From positions 7,357 through 71,356 of the forward strand of contig CALXFB010000006.1 in assembly GCA_944387475.1 (NCBI GenBank): a stretch of 64,000 bases of DNA, given 5' to 3'. The notes below the pieces were generated by a model. The model worked only from the letters and a program-made list of their open reading frames with translations. It had not been told where the DNA came from and ran no database searches. Positions 53,176 through 63,903 of the stretch are shown here, piece by piece. The translations under genes and the position numbers were made by a program. Positions within the stretch are counted from its first letter, which is position 1. Every line of letters starts with the position of its first letter. The stretch comes from an uncultured Clostridia bacterium (GTDB lineage Bacteria; Bacillota; Clostridia; TANB77; CAG-508).

Positions 53176-55977
53176 ATGAAATTTTTTACGAATAAAAGCA
53201 TATGGTCTAAAATAATAATTGTGCTAATATTTGTTTTATTATTTGAATTTGTAGTAGCAAAACCTACGTTGGCAGACGGAGAAGGAGTAAATACGGGAAT
53301 AGAATTTGCAGGAAAATTAATGTCTCCAATATTGTCGCTTGTAGTTACATTAGGAGATGCTGTAATGGAAGTTATGCAATCTTCAATTATGGGAACAGAT
53401 GAATCACTCCTTGAGGCAGATTTAGCAGCTGGATGGTATGATTTGTTAGGATTGATAGTTAAAGCAGTTGTTCTCATAGGATGTTTTATAGCATTTCCAG
53501 CAGCAACAACAATAGCAGTAATAGCAAATTTTATCGCAGCAAATACAATAGGCGTTGATTTGATAGGAACTATTGGTAGTAAGTTATATGATGGCTTGGC
53601 GGATACAGTAGGAATTTCAGCTGTTCAGACAGCTAGCTTTGTAGAAGAAAATCTACCGGAAACATTATATTTACCAGCATATACACTTACACCAGAAGAA
53701 ATATTTAAGGGCAATGTATTAATGTTTAATGTTGACTTTTTTGGAGAGCCAAAAGAAATTCTTGAACATACTACGGATGTTACAGATGATAGTGGTAATG
53801 TTACAGGGCAAGAAGTAGACTATTATTATTACTATGATGATGAGGGAAATGAGGTTAAAACATCGAAACAAGATATTGGTGCACAACTAAGTGGAACAAT
53901 TAGTAAATGGTATGTATCAATCAGGAATATTGCTTTGGTATGTATGATGATAGTACTTTTATATATAGCAATAAGAATGTTATTATCAACGTTAGCATCA
54001 GATAAAGCAAAATATAAACAAATGATACAAGATTGGCTTGTGGGAATGTTAATATTGTTTTCTGCACATTATATTATGGCTTTTTCTGTTACAATAGTAC
54101 AACAATTAGTAAAAATTGTCTCTACAAGTGTAGATTCTAATACATATACAGTAGTAATACCTAATGATTCAAATGATAAATTAATAGATTTTATAAAAGA
54201 AGCAGGGATGGAAGAGTTTATATATGATAGTAATGGACAAAATGCAAATGCGACTGGAACAGATGCATATATTATGTATCCAACAAACATGATGGGTTAT
54301 CTAAGGTTAAGATTGCAATTATCTAATTGGGGAAGTGAATTTGTAGGCTTAAGTTTATGTTTTGTGGTTTTAGTTATATTTACAGCATTTTTTGTATTTA
54401 CATATCTAAAGAGGGTATTGTATATGGCTTTCTTAACATTAATTGCACCAGTAGTTGCTTTAACATATCCAATCGACAAGATAAATGACGGAAGTGCACA
54501 AGGTTTTACAAAATGGTTTAGAGAATATATATTCAATTTATTAATACAACCAATGCATTTATTATTATATTTTATACTAATATCAACAGCATTTGAATTA
54601 TCATCAGAGAATGTAATTTACTCTTTAGTTGCAATAGGATTTATGCTACCAGCAGAAAAATTATTAAGAAGTCTTTTCGGATTTGAAAAAGCATCTACAC
54701 CTGGAATTTTAAATGGAGTAGCAGGTGCAGGACTTATAATGGGAGGTGTAAGTAAATTATCATCATTAACTGGAAAAGGACGTGCTTTGAATTCAGGTAA
54801 TTCTAAAGACAATTCAAGTAGTGATAGTGTTACTTCTACAAAGGCAGTACGTTTTAATAATGGAGTTGATGCAACAGCTGTTATGGCTGCTACAACAGGA
54901 GGAAACGAAAGGAGAATAGAGCCTACACAGCAAGGTTCGAATAATAATAATGATAATAATAATAATAATAATGAAAGAGAAGAAATACCAGTTGCTCCAG
55001 GACAAACACAGTTGGATTTTGGAAATGATGGAAATGATAAAAATGAAGAGAAGCAAAGTATTAAAATGCAAGAGAAAGGGCAAGAACCTAGCCAAGAAGA
55101 GAAAATAGAACAACCAACCCAACCAATAAGAACAGTGAACACAGAAGATAATGATTCAATAGAAGACATGGAAAAGAAATTAGATGAGTTAAAAACACAA
55201 AAGTATAGCGATGATTATAAAAAGAAGGAAATAAAAGGATACAGAAGTAAAAAAATACAAGAAAAAGCAATGAAATTCAGATTAAATACACATGATAGGC
55301 TAGTAAATGACTTTAAGAAACTTCCTGGAAAAACTATAAGATTTGCAGGAGGAGCAGCAGGAGCTGTAGCAGCAGGAGCTGTAGGTATAGCAGCAGGAAT
55401 ATCAACAGGAGATCCAAGTGATGTATTCCAATATGGTGCAGCAGGAGCTGGTGTGGGATACTTGGCTGGAAAGAGTACTACAAGTGGAGTAGCTAGCAGA
55501 GTAGATAATAGCAAGGCAATGCAACCAATAGATTCTAGTTCATATTATAGAAGGTTAATGAATAGTGAAGGTCATCGTGACATAGCGGCAATGGAAGAAA
55601 TAAAATCAAAAAGAGAAGAATATGCTGAAAAGTTAAGAGTTAATGGATTTGAAGATAAAGAAATTAAGAGAATGGAAAAAGACGGAACTTTAAATAGATA
55701 TATAGAAAATGATATTAATGTTGATAATGCAGTTGCAGCAGAAATGATGAGAAAAGAAAATCCAAAAATAACTCAAGAACAAGCAATAGCGGATGTAAAA
55801 TATTCAGATAGAGTTGGTGATGGATATAAAGGACCAGAAAGAAAGAAATGGAGAGAGCATTTTTCAGAGGAATTCTATGAAAAAGCAGGCTTACCTAAAA
55901 CACAAGCTGATAAAGCAAGTAAAGAGACATTGAAAAGAATAGACAGACTTAATAAGTACAAAAAAAATGTATTATAG
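53176..55977 (+). CDS. VirB6/TcpH-like polytopic conjugation channel protein with long hydrophilic C-terminal extension
   Basis: 933 aa, at least 8 TM segments in the first ~500 aa, then an Asn/Gly/Ala-rich low-complexity and charged region. Lies immediately after VirB4. Confidence 0.55.
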   Translation: MKFFTNKSIWSKIIIVLIFVLLFEFVVAKPTLADGEGVNTGIEFAGKLMSPILSLVVTLGDAVMEVMQSSIMGTDESLLEADLAAGWYDLLGLIVKAVVLIGCFIAFPAATTIAVIANFIAANTIGVDLIGTIGSKLYDGLADTVGISAVQTASFVEENLPETLYLPAYTLTPEEIFKGNVLMFNVDFFGEPKEILEHTTDVTDDSGNVTGQEVDYYYYYDDEGNEVKTSKQDIGAQLSGTISKWYVSIRNIALVCMMIVLLYIAIRMLLSTLASDKAKYKQMIQDWLVGMLILFSAHYIMAFSVTIVQQLVKIVSTSVDSNTYTVVIPNDSNDKLIDFIKEAGMEEFIYDSNGQNANATGTDAYIMYPTNMMGYLRLRLQLSNWGSEFVGLSLCFVVLVIFTAFFVFTYLKRVLYMAFLTLIAPVVALTYPIDKINDGSAQGFTKWFREYIFNLLIQPMHLLLYFILISTAFELSSENVIYSLVAIGFMLPAEKLLRSLFGFEKASTPGILNGVAGAGLIMGGVSKLSSLTGKGRALNSGNSKDNSSSDSVTSTKAVRFNNGVDATAVMAATTGGNERRIEPTQQGSNNNNDNNNNNNEREEIPVAPGQTQLDFGNDGNDKNEEKQSIKMQEKGQEPSQEEKIEQPTQPIRTVNTEDNDSIEDMEKKLDELKTQKYSDDYKKKEIKGYRSKKIQEKAMKFRLNTHDRLVNDFKKLPGKTIRFAGGAAGAVAAGAVGIAAGISTGDPSDVFQYGAAGAGVGYLAGKSTTSGVASRVDNSKAMQPIDSSSYYRRLMNSEGHRDIAAMEEIKSKREEYAEKLRVNGFEDKEIKRMEKDGTLNRYIENDINVDNAVAAEMMRKENPKITQEQAIADVKYSDRVGDGYKGPERKKWREHFSEEFYEKAGLPKTQADKASKETLKRIDRLNKYKKNVL

Positions 55978-55992
55978 AAAGAGGCGGTAATT

Positions 55993-56946
55993 ATGCAACA
56001 AATAAGGTTATGGTATAATAATCATAGGAGAAAAATATGGATAACAGTGGGCATTATTGCCGCTGTTATTATAGTAGTACAATTTTTAAATTATTTAGTA
56101 TCGACGACAAAAAACAATGAAGAAGCAAATATAATAACATTGCCAAGTACAAAAGAAGATTTAAAAGAAATAGAGAATGAAACAAATGTAAGTTATGAAT
56201 CAGGTGTTTCAGTGATATCAGGAGAGGCGCAATCAAAAGAAAAATTGAAGACAGCAGCAGAAGTAATAGGAGAGTTTTTTGATTTTTGTAATGAAGGAAA
56301 TATACAAGGAGCATATGATTTGCTTACAGACGACTGTAAGGAACAAATATATACATCTTTAGAAAGTTTTGAAAAAGCATATTACCAAGATGTATTTGCC
56401 GGAGAAGAAAGAATTTATTCAGTAGAAAATTGGATAGGTGACATATATAAGGTAGATATTACAGAAAATATGTTAGCAACTGGAAAAAGTAATAACGGAT
56501 ATGTAAAACAAGATTATATAACAGTAGAAAAAGTAGACGATGTATATAAATTAAACATAAACAATTATATAGGAAAAACACAGATAAATAAAGAGACAGA
56601 TAAGGAAGATATAAAAGTTAATGTATTATACAAGAATACATATATGGATAGAGAAGAATACACAATAAGTGTTACAAATAATAAAGCTACAAGTATTTCT
56701 TTAGATAGATTATATGATGTTAATTCATTGTATTTAGAGGATAGCAAAGGAATGAAGTATCCAGCATATACACATGAAATGACAAGTCCTATGCTAGAAG
56801 TACAATCAAAGGAAACAAAGGAAGTTACAATTAAATTCTATAGTAGATATACTTCTACTAAAAAAATTGAAAATTTAGTATTTTCAGATTTAGTTATATG
56901 GAATGACCAATTAACCTCAACTATGGAATTTAAGGCAGAAGTATAA
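55993..56946 (+). CDS. membrane-anchored conjugation accessory protein (TcpC/Orf13-like position)
   Basis: 317 aa, a single N-terminal TM 'IWITVGIIAAVIIVVQF' followed by a soluble domain. Assigned by position only. Confidence 0.35.
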   Translation: MQQIRLWYNNHRRKIWITVGIIAAVIIVVQFLNYLVSTTKNNEEANIITLPSTKEDLKEIENETNVSYESGVSVISGEAQSKEKLKTAAEVIGEFFDFCNEGNIQGAYDLLTDDCKEQIYTSLESFEKAYYQDVFAGEERIYSVENWIGDIYKVDITENMLATGKSNNGYVKQDYITVEKVDDVYKLNINNYIGKTQINKETDKEDIKVNVLYKNTYMDREEYTISVTNNKATSISLDRLYDVNSLYLEDSKGMKYPAYTHEMTSPMLEVQSKETKEVTIKFYSRYTSTKKIENLVFSDLVIWNDQLTSTMEFKAEV

Positions 56947-56973
56947 AATGTTATAACAAAGAGAGGATAGGAT

Positions 56974-59900
56974 ATGGATAATTTTAAGGAAAATTTAAAA
57001 GTGGTTTTAAAGAGAGTAAGGAGAGTAATTCCAGTTCTTTTAGTTGGGTCAATTATTGTAACACTTTTAGCAGGATTTACATATTTTATAACTGTAGATG
57101 ATGGATTATACAAGGAAGATGATTGGAGTAGCACACCATATGCTGCTTCAACTTTTACAAATAGTGCAACAATAAATGAAGATGGAACGATAGGTTTTTC
57201 TACAACGGCAGAAGAATTATGGAATAAAATGTTGGAAAATGGAAGTAGAGTAGATGAATACCTTGATTCGCCAGAAGAATTAGCAAGATTAATGAAAGCA
57301 GAGTTAGTTACACAATTTCCAGACACACGTTCAAATCCAGATGAAGAAATAGATTGGGATTCTATAATTAATGGTGATAATTTACAAGGAATAATAAAAT
57401 TTATAAGAGCTGATTCAGAAGGAAATCGTTCAACAATGACATATGTAGATCAAGCAACTTTTCAAAGTTATGTTGATGAATACAATAAAACAGGTTCACC
57501 TACCGCAAAGCAAAATGCATTATCACATTTTACTTTGAAAAAAGGTAGTAGTTCTTCAAGTGGAGGAGCTGTTAATTATAATGGACCAGATTTATGCTGG
57601 CCAACAACATCTACAACAATAACATCAAACTTTGGACCAAGAAATTCACCAACAGCTGGTGCTTCATCAAATCATCAAGGAATAGACATAGGAGTACCAG
57701 AAGGTTCAGATGTATATGCTTGTGAAGATGGAACGGTAAAAACTGCAACATTTGATTCCAGTGCTGGTAACTTTGTGGAAGTAGATCATGGAAATGGATA
57801 TGTTAGTAGATATTTACATAACAGCAGTTTTAATGTTAGTGTTGGAGAACAAGTAAAAAAAGGACAAGTTATAGCTTTTTCAGGAAACACAGGAACTTCT
57901 ACAGGACCTCATTGTCATTTTGAAATAAGAGTTAACGGAACAGCAATAGATCCGCTAAGTTTTAAATACAATAATGGAATGGGAAATGGGACAGGTGGAT
58001 TTGGAATCGATGATGATGAAGATGAAAACGAAACAGATGAAAATACAGAAGATACAAATACATCATCATCAGATTTAGCACAAGAAACAACCGTTACAGG
58101 AGATGGATATGATATGGAATATACATCATCTTCTGGAATTACGTATAAAGATTTTAAACAATACAAAGGTTCTTATGCAAATCAACAATATTGGGGAGGA
58201 ACTATTTCTTCACATGGATGTGGTCCAACATCAATGGCAATATTGCTGAGTGGTTTAACAGATCTTAATTATACACCAGCTGATACAGCTAGGTTAATGA
58301 CTGAAAGATTCGGATATGAGAATGTAACGAGTACTCCACATATGCAAGAAGTATTAGATTCCTTAGGAATACCATCAGAGATTAATCAGAGCCCAACGGC
58401 AGATGATATACAATCTGCACTAAAAAGTGGAAAAGTACTAATGGTTTCAGTTGGTTCTGGTACTATTTTTACAGATAATGATCATTTTATTGCATTAGTA
58501 GATATAAATGATCAAGGACAAGTTTATGTATTAAATCCATCTGATAGTACAGAGTCAGGATGGTTCGATATTGGAGAAATTATGAAGGACTGCAATAGTA
58601 TGCAATCAATTGATTCAGGTTCAACAGGAATGGCAACTAGTGGGACAAGCTCAAATTCAAGTGCATATACAGCAGTAGTTGCTACATGGAGACAAGTTGA
58701 TGAAACAATTGAGACAAATGACCCTAATGTAGAAGGTGGAGACAAGCCAACTATATATACAATGACAACCACAGATATAAATTATGAAGTAATGGTAGAA
58801 CCATATACAATGCCTTTTGACTTTTTATGGGCACTTTTAGTAGTAGGTGAAGATAAAAATTTTGCATTTGATATTGCAGACTTAGCATACAATAGCCAGA
58901 TAGAAATAACAGTACATGACAATTTAACTATAAATACAGATATAGATCATTGGACATATACTCAAAGAACAAAAGCAGAGGTAGGAAAAGCTACAATAGT
59001 TGCTAATTGTGGTGGATATACTGCATCAGGAAGTGTAGAGGCACATACACATGATCCATGGGGCGAAGATCAAAATTATACAACAACAAAAACAGTTGTT
59101 ACACAGACAAATACATTAAATATAGCATTAACAAGAGCAAATGTATGGATAGTAGATTATAAAAATGAATTTACATATAGTGAACCAACTAAAACAGAAA
59201 CACCAGGTCAAATAGAAATGGATGATACTGAGTATGAACAAACTGGTACGGGATCAAGTTTCGATTGTACACATATACAAGCGAAGAAAAATGAGTTAGC
59301 CTCAACGGTTAGACAAAGATATTCATCAGCACATACTACAACAAATACGAGTAATTTAGCAAGCACAGGAACTGCAACACCACCAGGTGTAACATTTGAT
59401 GTTAATGTTTCAGTAAAATATTTCACAAAATATATAAATATTTTGGATACCACTACTGATATTGTAGAAATTAAAAAATATATAGCTGGAACACCTGACT
59501 TAAAAGAGAAAACAGATCCTGATTCAGATGAACCTAATTTTGTAACAATATTTAATGAGCCTAAATATAAAACGAATAAAAGTAATATAAAATCAGCAGC
59601 AGAATGGCTATTTGAAATATTAGAAACAAATGATAGTACATCAGATATGGTGGATTTAATGAAATATTTGTTATATAAAGCAACAGGAGTAAATTATGGA
59701 GTAACAGAATTTGACTTTACAATATTCTATCCAGGATCATTAACATCTGTTGGAGCAAATGATTATATAGTACATATTGATAAATCACCTCAAGAGATAG
59801 TAATAAAAGATGTAGAAACTTTAAAAACAGCTTTTGCTGGATCTGGAGGAGCAGGAAGCGATAACTTAGTAAAATATGCCGATGACTTTTTAAGATTACA

Positions 59901-60654
59901 AGAAGAATATAGAGTTAATGCTGTATTTGCAGCAGCAGTAACTACAGCTGAATGTGGTGCAGGAACTAATTTGCAAATAGGTGGAAATAACTGGTTTAGT
60001 ATAAGAAATCCTAACGGTGGATGGATGCAATATGATTCACCAGCTGGTTCTATAGAAGCATTTTGTAATCAGATTGCAAGATTGGGATATTATTTCACAG
60101 AAGGAAATTACACTGTTAGAAGTATAGGAATGATATATTGTGAAGACGCGGATGCACCAGGCGGATGGATTGAAAATGTATTAATGTATATGACTAATAT
60201 GTTTACAGCAGCAGGAATTGATGTTTCACAATTTATTGGTGGAGGAGATATTGTAGAAATAGCAAAACAATGTCATGACTATGTAAGGACAAACGGATTT
60301 ACATATTTACAAAATTCTGCACATAATACTATACCAATAGATGAAAGTGGATATAGAACCATAGATTGTAGTAGTTTTGTTACATGGGTACTTTATGAAT
60401 ATGGATATACTGATTTAGGAGGACGCCAACAGGATACTGGTACTTTGTTAGGATTGGCTCAAAGAAAAGGATGGACTATAAAAGATGGATCACAAGCACA
60501 AGCAGGAGATATAATGTTAATTCCAGACTACCATACATCAATTTATGCAGGAAATGGACAGTTATATGATTGTGGAAGCAATAGATGGATACAAGATGTA
60601 ATAACACCAATGAATATGAACTATACTTATGCAATTACTGTTACAAAACCATAA
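56974..60654 (+). CDS. multi-domain peptidoglycan hydrolase (M23 + C39-like + glucosaminidase-like + NlpC/P60)
   Basis: M23: 'HQGIDIGVPEGSDV...GPHCHFEIR'. C39-like: 'SHGCGPTSMAILLSGL'. Glucosaminidase-like: 'AAVTTAECGAGTNLQIGGNNWFSI'. NlpC/P60: 'IDCSSFVTWVLY...HTSIYAGNG'. N-terminal TM anchor. Confidence 0.8.
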   Translation: MDNFKENLKVVLKRVRRVIPVLLVGSIIVTLLAGFTYFITVDDGLYKEDDWSSTPYAASTFTNSATINEDGTIGFSTTAEELWNKMLENGSRVDEYLDSPEELARLMKAELVTQFPDTRSNPDEEIDWDSIINGDNLQGIIKFIRADSEGNRSTMTYVDQATFQSYVDEYNKTGSPTAKQNALSHFTLKKGSSSSSGGAVNYNGPDLCWPTTSTTITSNFGPRNSPTAGASSNHQGIDIGVPEGSDVYACEDGTVKTATFDSSAGNFVEVDHGNGYVSRYLHNSSFNVSVGEQVKKGQVIAFSGNTGTSTGPHCHFEIRVNGTAIDPLSFKYNNGMGNGTGGFGIDDDEDENETDENTEDTNTSSSDLAQETTVTGDGYDMEYTSSSGITYKDFKQYKGSYANQQYWGGTISSHGCGPTSMAILLSGLTDLNYTPADTARLMTERFGYENVTSTPHMQEVLDSLGIPSEINQSPTADDIQSALKSGKVLMVSVGSGTIFTDNDHFIALVDINDQGQVYVLNPSDSTESGWFDIGEIMKDCNSMQSIDSGSTGMATSGTSSNSSAYTAVVATWRQVDETIETNDPNVEGGDKPTIYTMTTTDINYEVMVEPYTMPFDFLWALLVVGEDKNFAFDIADLAYNSQIEITVHDNLTINTDIDHWTYTQRTKAEVGKATIVANCGGYTASGSVEAHTHDPWGEDQNYTTTKTVVTQTNTLNIALTRANVWIVDYKNEFTYSEPTKTETPGQIEMDDTEYEQTGTGSSFDCTHIQAKKNELASTVRQRYSSAHTTTNTSNLASTGTATPPGVTFDVNVSVKYFTKYINILDTTTDIVEIKKYIAGTPDLKEKTDPDSDEPNFVTIFNEPKYKTNKSNIKSAAEWLFEILETNDSTSDMVDLMKYLLYKATGVNYGVTEFDFTIFYPGSLTSVGANDYIVHIDKSPQEIVIKDVETLKTAFAGSGGAGSDNLVKYADDFLRLQEEYRVNAVFAAAVTTAECGAGTNLQIGGNNWFSIRNPNGGWMQYDSPAGSIEAFCNQIARLGYYFTEGNYTVRSIGMIYCEDADAPGGWIENVLMYMTNMFTAAGIDVSQFIGGGDIVEIAKQCHDYVRTNGFTYLQNSAHNTIPIDESGYRTIDCSSFVTWVLYEYGYTDLGGRQQDTGTLLGLAQRKGWTIKDGSQAQAGDIMLIPDYHTSIYAGNGQLYDCGSNRWIQDVITPMNMNYTYAITVTKP

Positions 60655-60666
60655 AAGGAGGAAATT

Positions 60667-61842
60667 ATGGATAAAAAAAAGAAAATGATACTTATCGCTA
60701 TAATAGCAGTTATTGTAATTATAATAATTATATTTAGTTTAATTATTTTAATAAATAAAGGTGAAGAAAATGGAAATATTCGAGAAAAAATTGATGGAAC
60801 AATAGAGGTACTTCCAGAAGGAGATTTAGGAATTGAATACAATCAAGAAGAATTAAGAGAACCAACAGAATTTTTCTCAGTAGAAAAGGCCATACAAAAT
60901 GTAATTCCCAATTTCTATGCAGAAAGAATGCAATATTTACAAGGGAAAAATATAATGACATATTCTGTATATGGAAAGTTAAATTCACAAGATGCTAATG
61001 AAGAAATAGAAAAATATTATATAGTTAGAGTAGATTTAAAAAATTTAACATATGAATTGGAAGAAATTGAAGATGGACTGTATAGTAATATAGAAGAAAT
61101 AAAATTAGAAGATGATGAAACACAAATACAAAATAACGGAAATAATAGCTTTGAATATACTACTGTATCATCAGAAGAAATGTGTAGAAAATATTTAAAA
61201 GATTTTACACAAAAAGAATTAAATAATCCAGAAGAGGCATATTCAATGTTAGATGAAGAATATAAAAATGAAAGATTTTCAGGGCTTGAAGAATATCAAG
61301 AATATATAGAACTTTGCAGAAATAGAATTCAATATGCATCATTATCTAAATATGATGTTGAGAGAAAAGAAAATTATACAGAATATATTTTAGTAGATAA
61401 TTATAATAACTCTTATACAATTAGAGCGACAGGAATATGGGATTATACAATTCTTTTGGATAATTATACTATAAAGGTAGACACATATGAAGAAGAATAC
61501 AATAAAAGAAATGAAGCACAAAAAATACAAGCAAATGTATACATATTCTTACAAATGATAAATACAAAAGATTATAGGCATGCATATGAATTATTAGATG
61601 AAACATTTAAAAATAATAATTTTGATACTTTGGATAAATTTAAAGAGTATGTAAATGAGAATTTCTTTGATTATAATCTTAATACTATATCTAATGTAGA
61701 TATAAGTAATGAAGGAAATACTTATATATATGAAACTGTAATAAGAAGCGGAGCAGGAAGTGCAGCAGAGACGAAAAATTTAACAGTAATTATGCAATTA
61801 AAAGAAGGAACAGATTTTGTAATGTCATTTAGTTTAGAATAA
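60667..61842 (+). CDS. membrane-anchored hypothetical protein
   Basis: 391 aa, N-terminal TM 'ILIAIIAVIVIIIIIFSLIILI', acidic soluble domain. Confidence 0.5.
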   Translation: MDKKKKMILIAIIAVIVIIIIIFSLIILINKGEENGNIREKIDGTIEVLPEGDLGIEYNQEELREPTEFFSVEKAIQNVIPNFYAERMQYLQGKNIMTYSVYGKLNSQDANEEIEKYYIVRVDLKNLTYELEEIEDGLYSNIEEIKLEDDETQIQNNGNNSFEYTTVSSEEMCRKYLKDFTQKELNNPEEAYSMLDEEYKNERFSGLEEYQEYIELCRNRIQYASLSKYDVERKENYTEYILVDNYNNSYTIRATGIWDYTILLDNYTIKVDTYEEEYNKRNEAQKIQANVYIFLQMINTKDYRHAYELLDETFKNNNFDTLDKFKEYVNENFFDYNLNTISNVDISNEGNTYIYETVIRSGAGSAAETKNLTVIMQLKEGTDFVMSFSLE

Positions 61843-61857
61843 AAATAGGAGAAGAAG

Positions 61858-63474
61858 ATGTTTAGTAAAATAAAAGCTTTGACAAAAATTTTTGTAAAAG
61901 ATTTTTATCAAAGTACAAAAATAGTAGATAAAGAAACAAAAAAATTGAACAAAAAATCAATATATTTATGGATATTAGTATTATTGGGAATAGCTATGAT
62001 ATATATTAGTTATAAAGCTATACATTGGTTTGTATTGGCTGAACAACCAGAATTATTTATAAATATATATGTACCATTATTAATAATATTTTTGATGTTT
62101 CAAATTGCTATAATATGTACTAACATCTTCTTCTTTTCTAAAGATATAGAATTTATTTTACCATTACCGGTATCATCAAAAGAATTATTAATATCAAAAT
62201 TTAATGTAATACTATTAATGACATATATAACAGAAATGTTATTCGGAATACCATTAATTTTATATGGTTTTCTAAATTTTACAAGTTTTTGGTACTTTTT
62301 TAATTTAATATTGGTATTAATATTATTACCTATAGTATTTGTAGCTATTATTGGTTTAATAGCAGTAATATTTATGAGACTATTTAATTTTATAAAAAAT
62401 AAAATTATGTTGCAAAATATAATTAGCATAATACTAATAATTTGTTTATTATTTATCGAAGACAGTTTAATAAGTAGTTTTAGTAATTTACAACAACCAA
62501 GTGTTTTTATAACACCTATAATAAATTTATTAATTGAAAAAGATATATTTATAAAAATAAAGTCTTCTTTTGTACTATTTAGTATTGATATATTATCATT
62601 ATTTATATTTGTATTTATAAGTAAAAAAATATATTTAAAAATAATATTAAATAGTATAACTTCAACAAAAAGAAAACTTAAAAGAGTAGAAAAGAAAAAA
62701 GTAAAAATAGAAAACAAGAATAGTAAAATTTGGAAATCATATATAAAAAAAGAAATGAAAATGTTATTAAAAAAACCAGTATTTTTTATGCAAACTGTAT
62801 TTCCAGTAATAATGATATTAGTAACAATGATAATGATAGCAAATGTTTTTATACCAGCAATTGATGTAGCAATTGAAAGTGATGAGACTATAAAAGCAGG
62901 TTTAGCATCTTTGGAGTTTAACTCTGAGATGATATGTGTTATTTTAGGAATATTACAATGCTTGTTTTCATTATCTAGCATTTCACTTACTGCTATTTCA
63001 AGAGAAGGAAAAAATGCTATATTTATGAAATACATACCTGTTAGCTTTTATAAACAATTTTTATATAAAAATGTTTTACAGGTTGTTTTAAATATTATTG
63101 TATCATTAATAATACTATTTATAATATATTATTATATTCCTAAAATAGGATTATTAAATATATTGCTAATTTTTATTATTTCAATATTTATAAACTTGAT
63201 AAATAGTTATTTGATGTTACTAATAGATCTAAAAAGGCCATATTTAAATTGGACTTCAGAACATTCTGTGGTTAAGAAAAATGATAATAAATCATTTCAA
63301 TATGCATTAACTATTATATTAATACTTGTATATATGTATTTATCTAATATATTTAAAAATGTTAATGTTATAATTACTCTAATAATTGAGATTTTCATTT
63401 TTATGATTACATTCATAATAATAGATAGAATTGTAAAAAAGAAAAGTAACCAATTATTTAATAATATTAATTAA
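61858..63474 (+). CDS. polytopic membrane protein resembling an ABC-2/ABC-exporter-type permease, no adjacent ATPase
   Basis: 538 aa, about 12 hydrophobic segments in two halves separated by the basic loop 'TKRKLKRVEKKKVKIENKN'. Confidence 0.45.
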   Translation: MFSKIKALTKIFVKDFYQSTKIVDKETKKLNKKSIYLWILVLLGIAMIYISYKAIHWFVLAEQPELFINIYVPLLIIFLMFQIAIICTNIFFFSKDIEFILPLPVSSKELLISKFNVILLMTYITEMLFGIPLILYGFLNFTSFWYFFNLILVLILLPIVFVAIIGLIAVIFMRLFNFIKNKIMLQNIISIILIICLLFIEDSLISSFSNLQQPSVFITPIINLLIEKDIFIKIKSSFVLFSIDILSLFIFVFISKKIYLKIILNSITSTKRKLKRVEKKKVKIENKNSKIWKSYIKKEMKMLLKKPVFFMQTVFPVIMILVTMIMIANVFIPAIDVAIESDETIKAGLASLEFNSEMICVILGILQCLFSLSSISLTAISREGKNAIFMKYIPVSFYKQFLYKNVLQVVLNIIVSLIILFIIYYYIPKIGLLNILLIFIISIFINLINSYLMLLIDLKRPYLNWTSEHSVVKKNDNKSFQYALTIILILVYMYLSNIFKNVNVIITLIIEIFIFMITFIIIDRIVKKKSNQLFNNIN

Positions 63475-63477
63475 AAA

Positions 63478-63510
63478 GAGGGAGCACTTCGGGAGGCTGC
63501 CCTCATTTTT
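63478..63510. terminator. GC-rich hairpin, bidirectional terminator between convergent genes
   Basis: GAGGGAGCACTTCGGGAGGCTGCCCTC followed by ATTTTT. Confidence 0.55.
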
Positions 63511-63534
63511 AAACTCTAATAAGAGTTTAGTTAT

Positions 63535-63804
63535 TTACGGTTTGAAGATAACAAGCAGTATGAGAACTCCAACTCCACCAGCTATTAGCGAACCTATAAA
63601 ATTTCCTGTATCATCGCTAATTGTTTCAGGAGATTTTATTGCATCTACTACAGTGAAAAATGCATTTAGAATCAATCCTGATGGAATAAAGATGGCTAAT
63701 ATAGTTAAAATTAGATCTATAATTCCCCAAGAAGCTTGAGCTAATCCGTAAATGCAACAAAGAATAAATAAGATTGCAATTCCAATAGCTTCCATACCTG
63801 TCAT
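63535..63804 (-). CDS. small membrane protein (89 aa)
   Basis: Three hydrophobic segments. Convergent with the permease-like gene. Confidence 0.5.
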   Translation of the reverse strand: MTGMEAIGIAILFILCCIYGLAQASWGIIDLILTILAIFIPSGLILNAFFTVVDAIKSPETISDDTGNFIGSLIAGGVGVLILLVIFKP

Positions 63805-63903
63805 TTTTTCTCCAATCTCGTAGAAAAACTATACATAATAATAGTATAATATAAAAAATAATAAAAAACAAGTAGGGATTTACTTGTTTTAATGGGATAG
63901 TTA

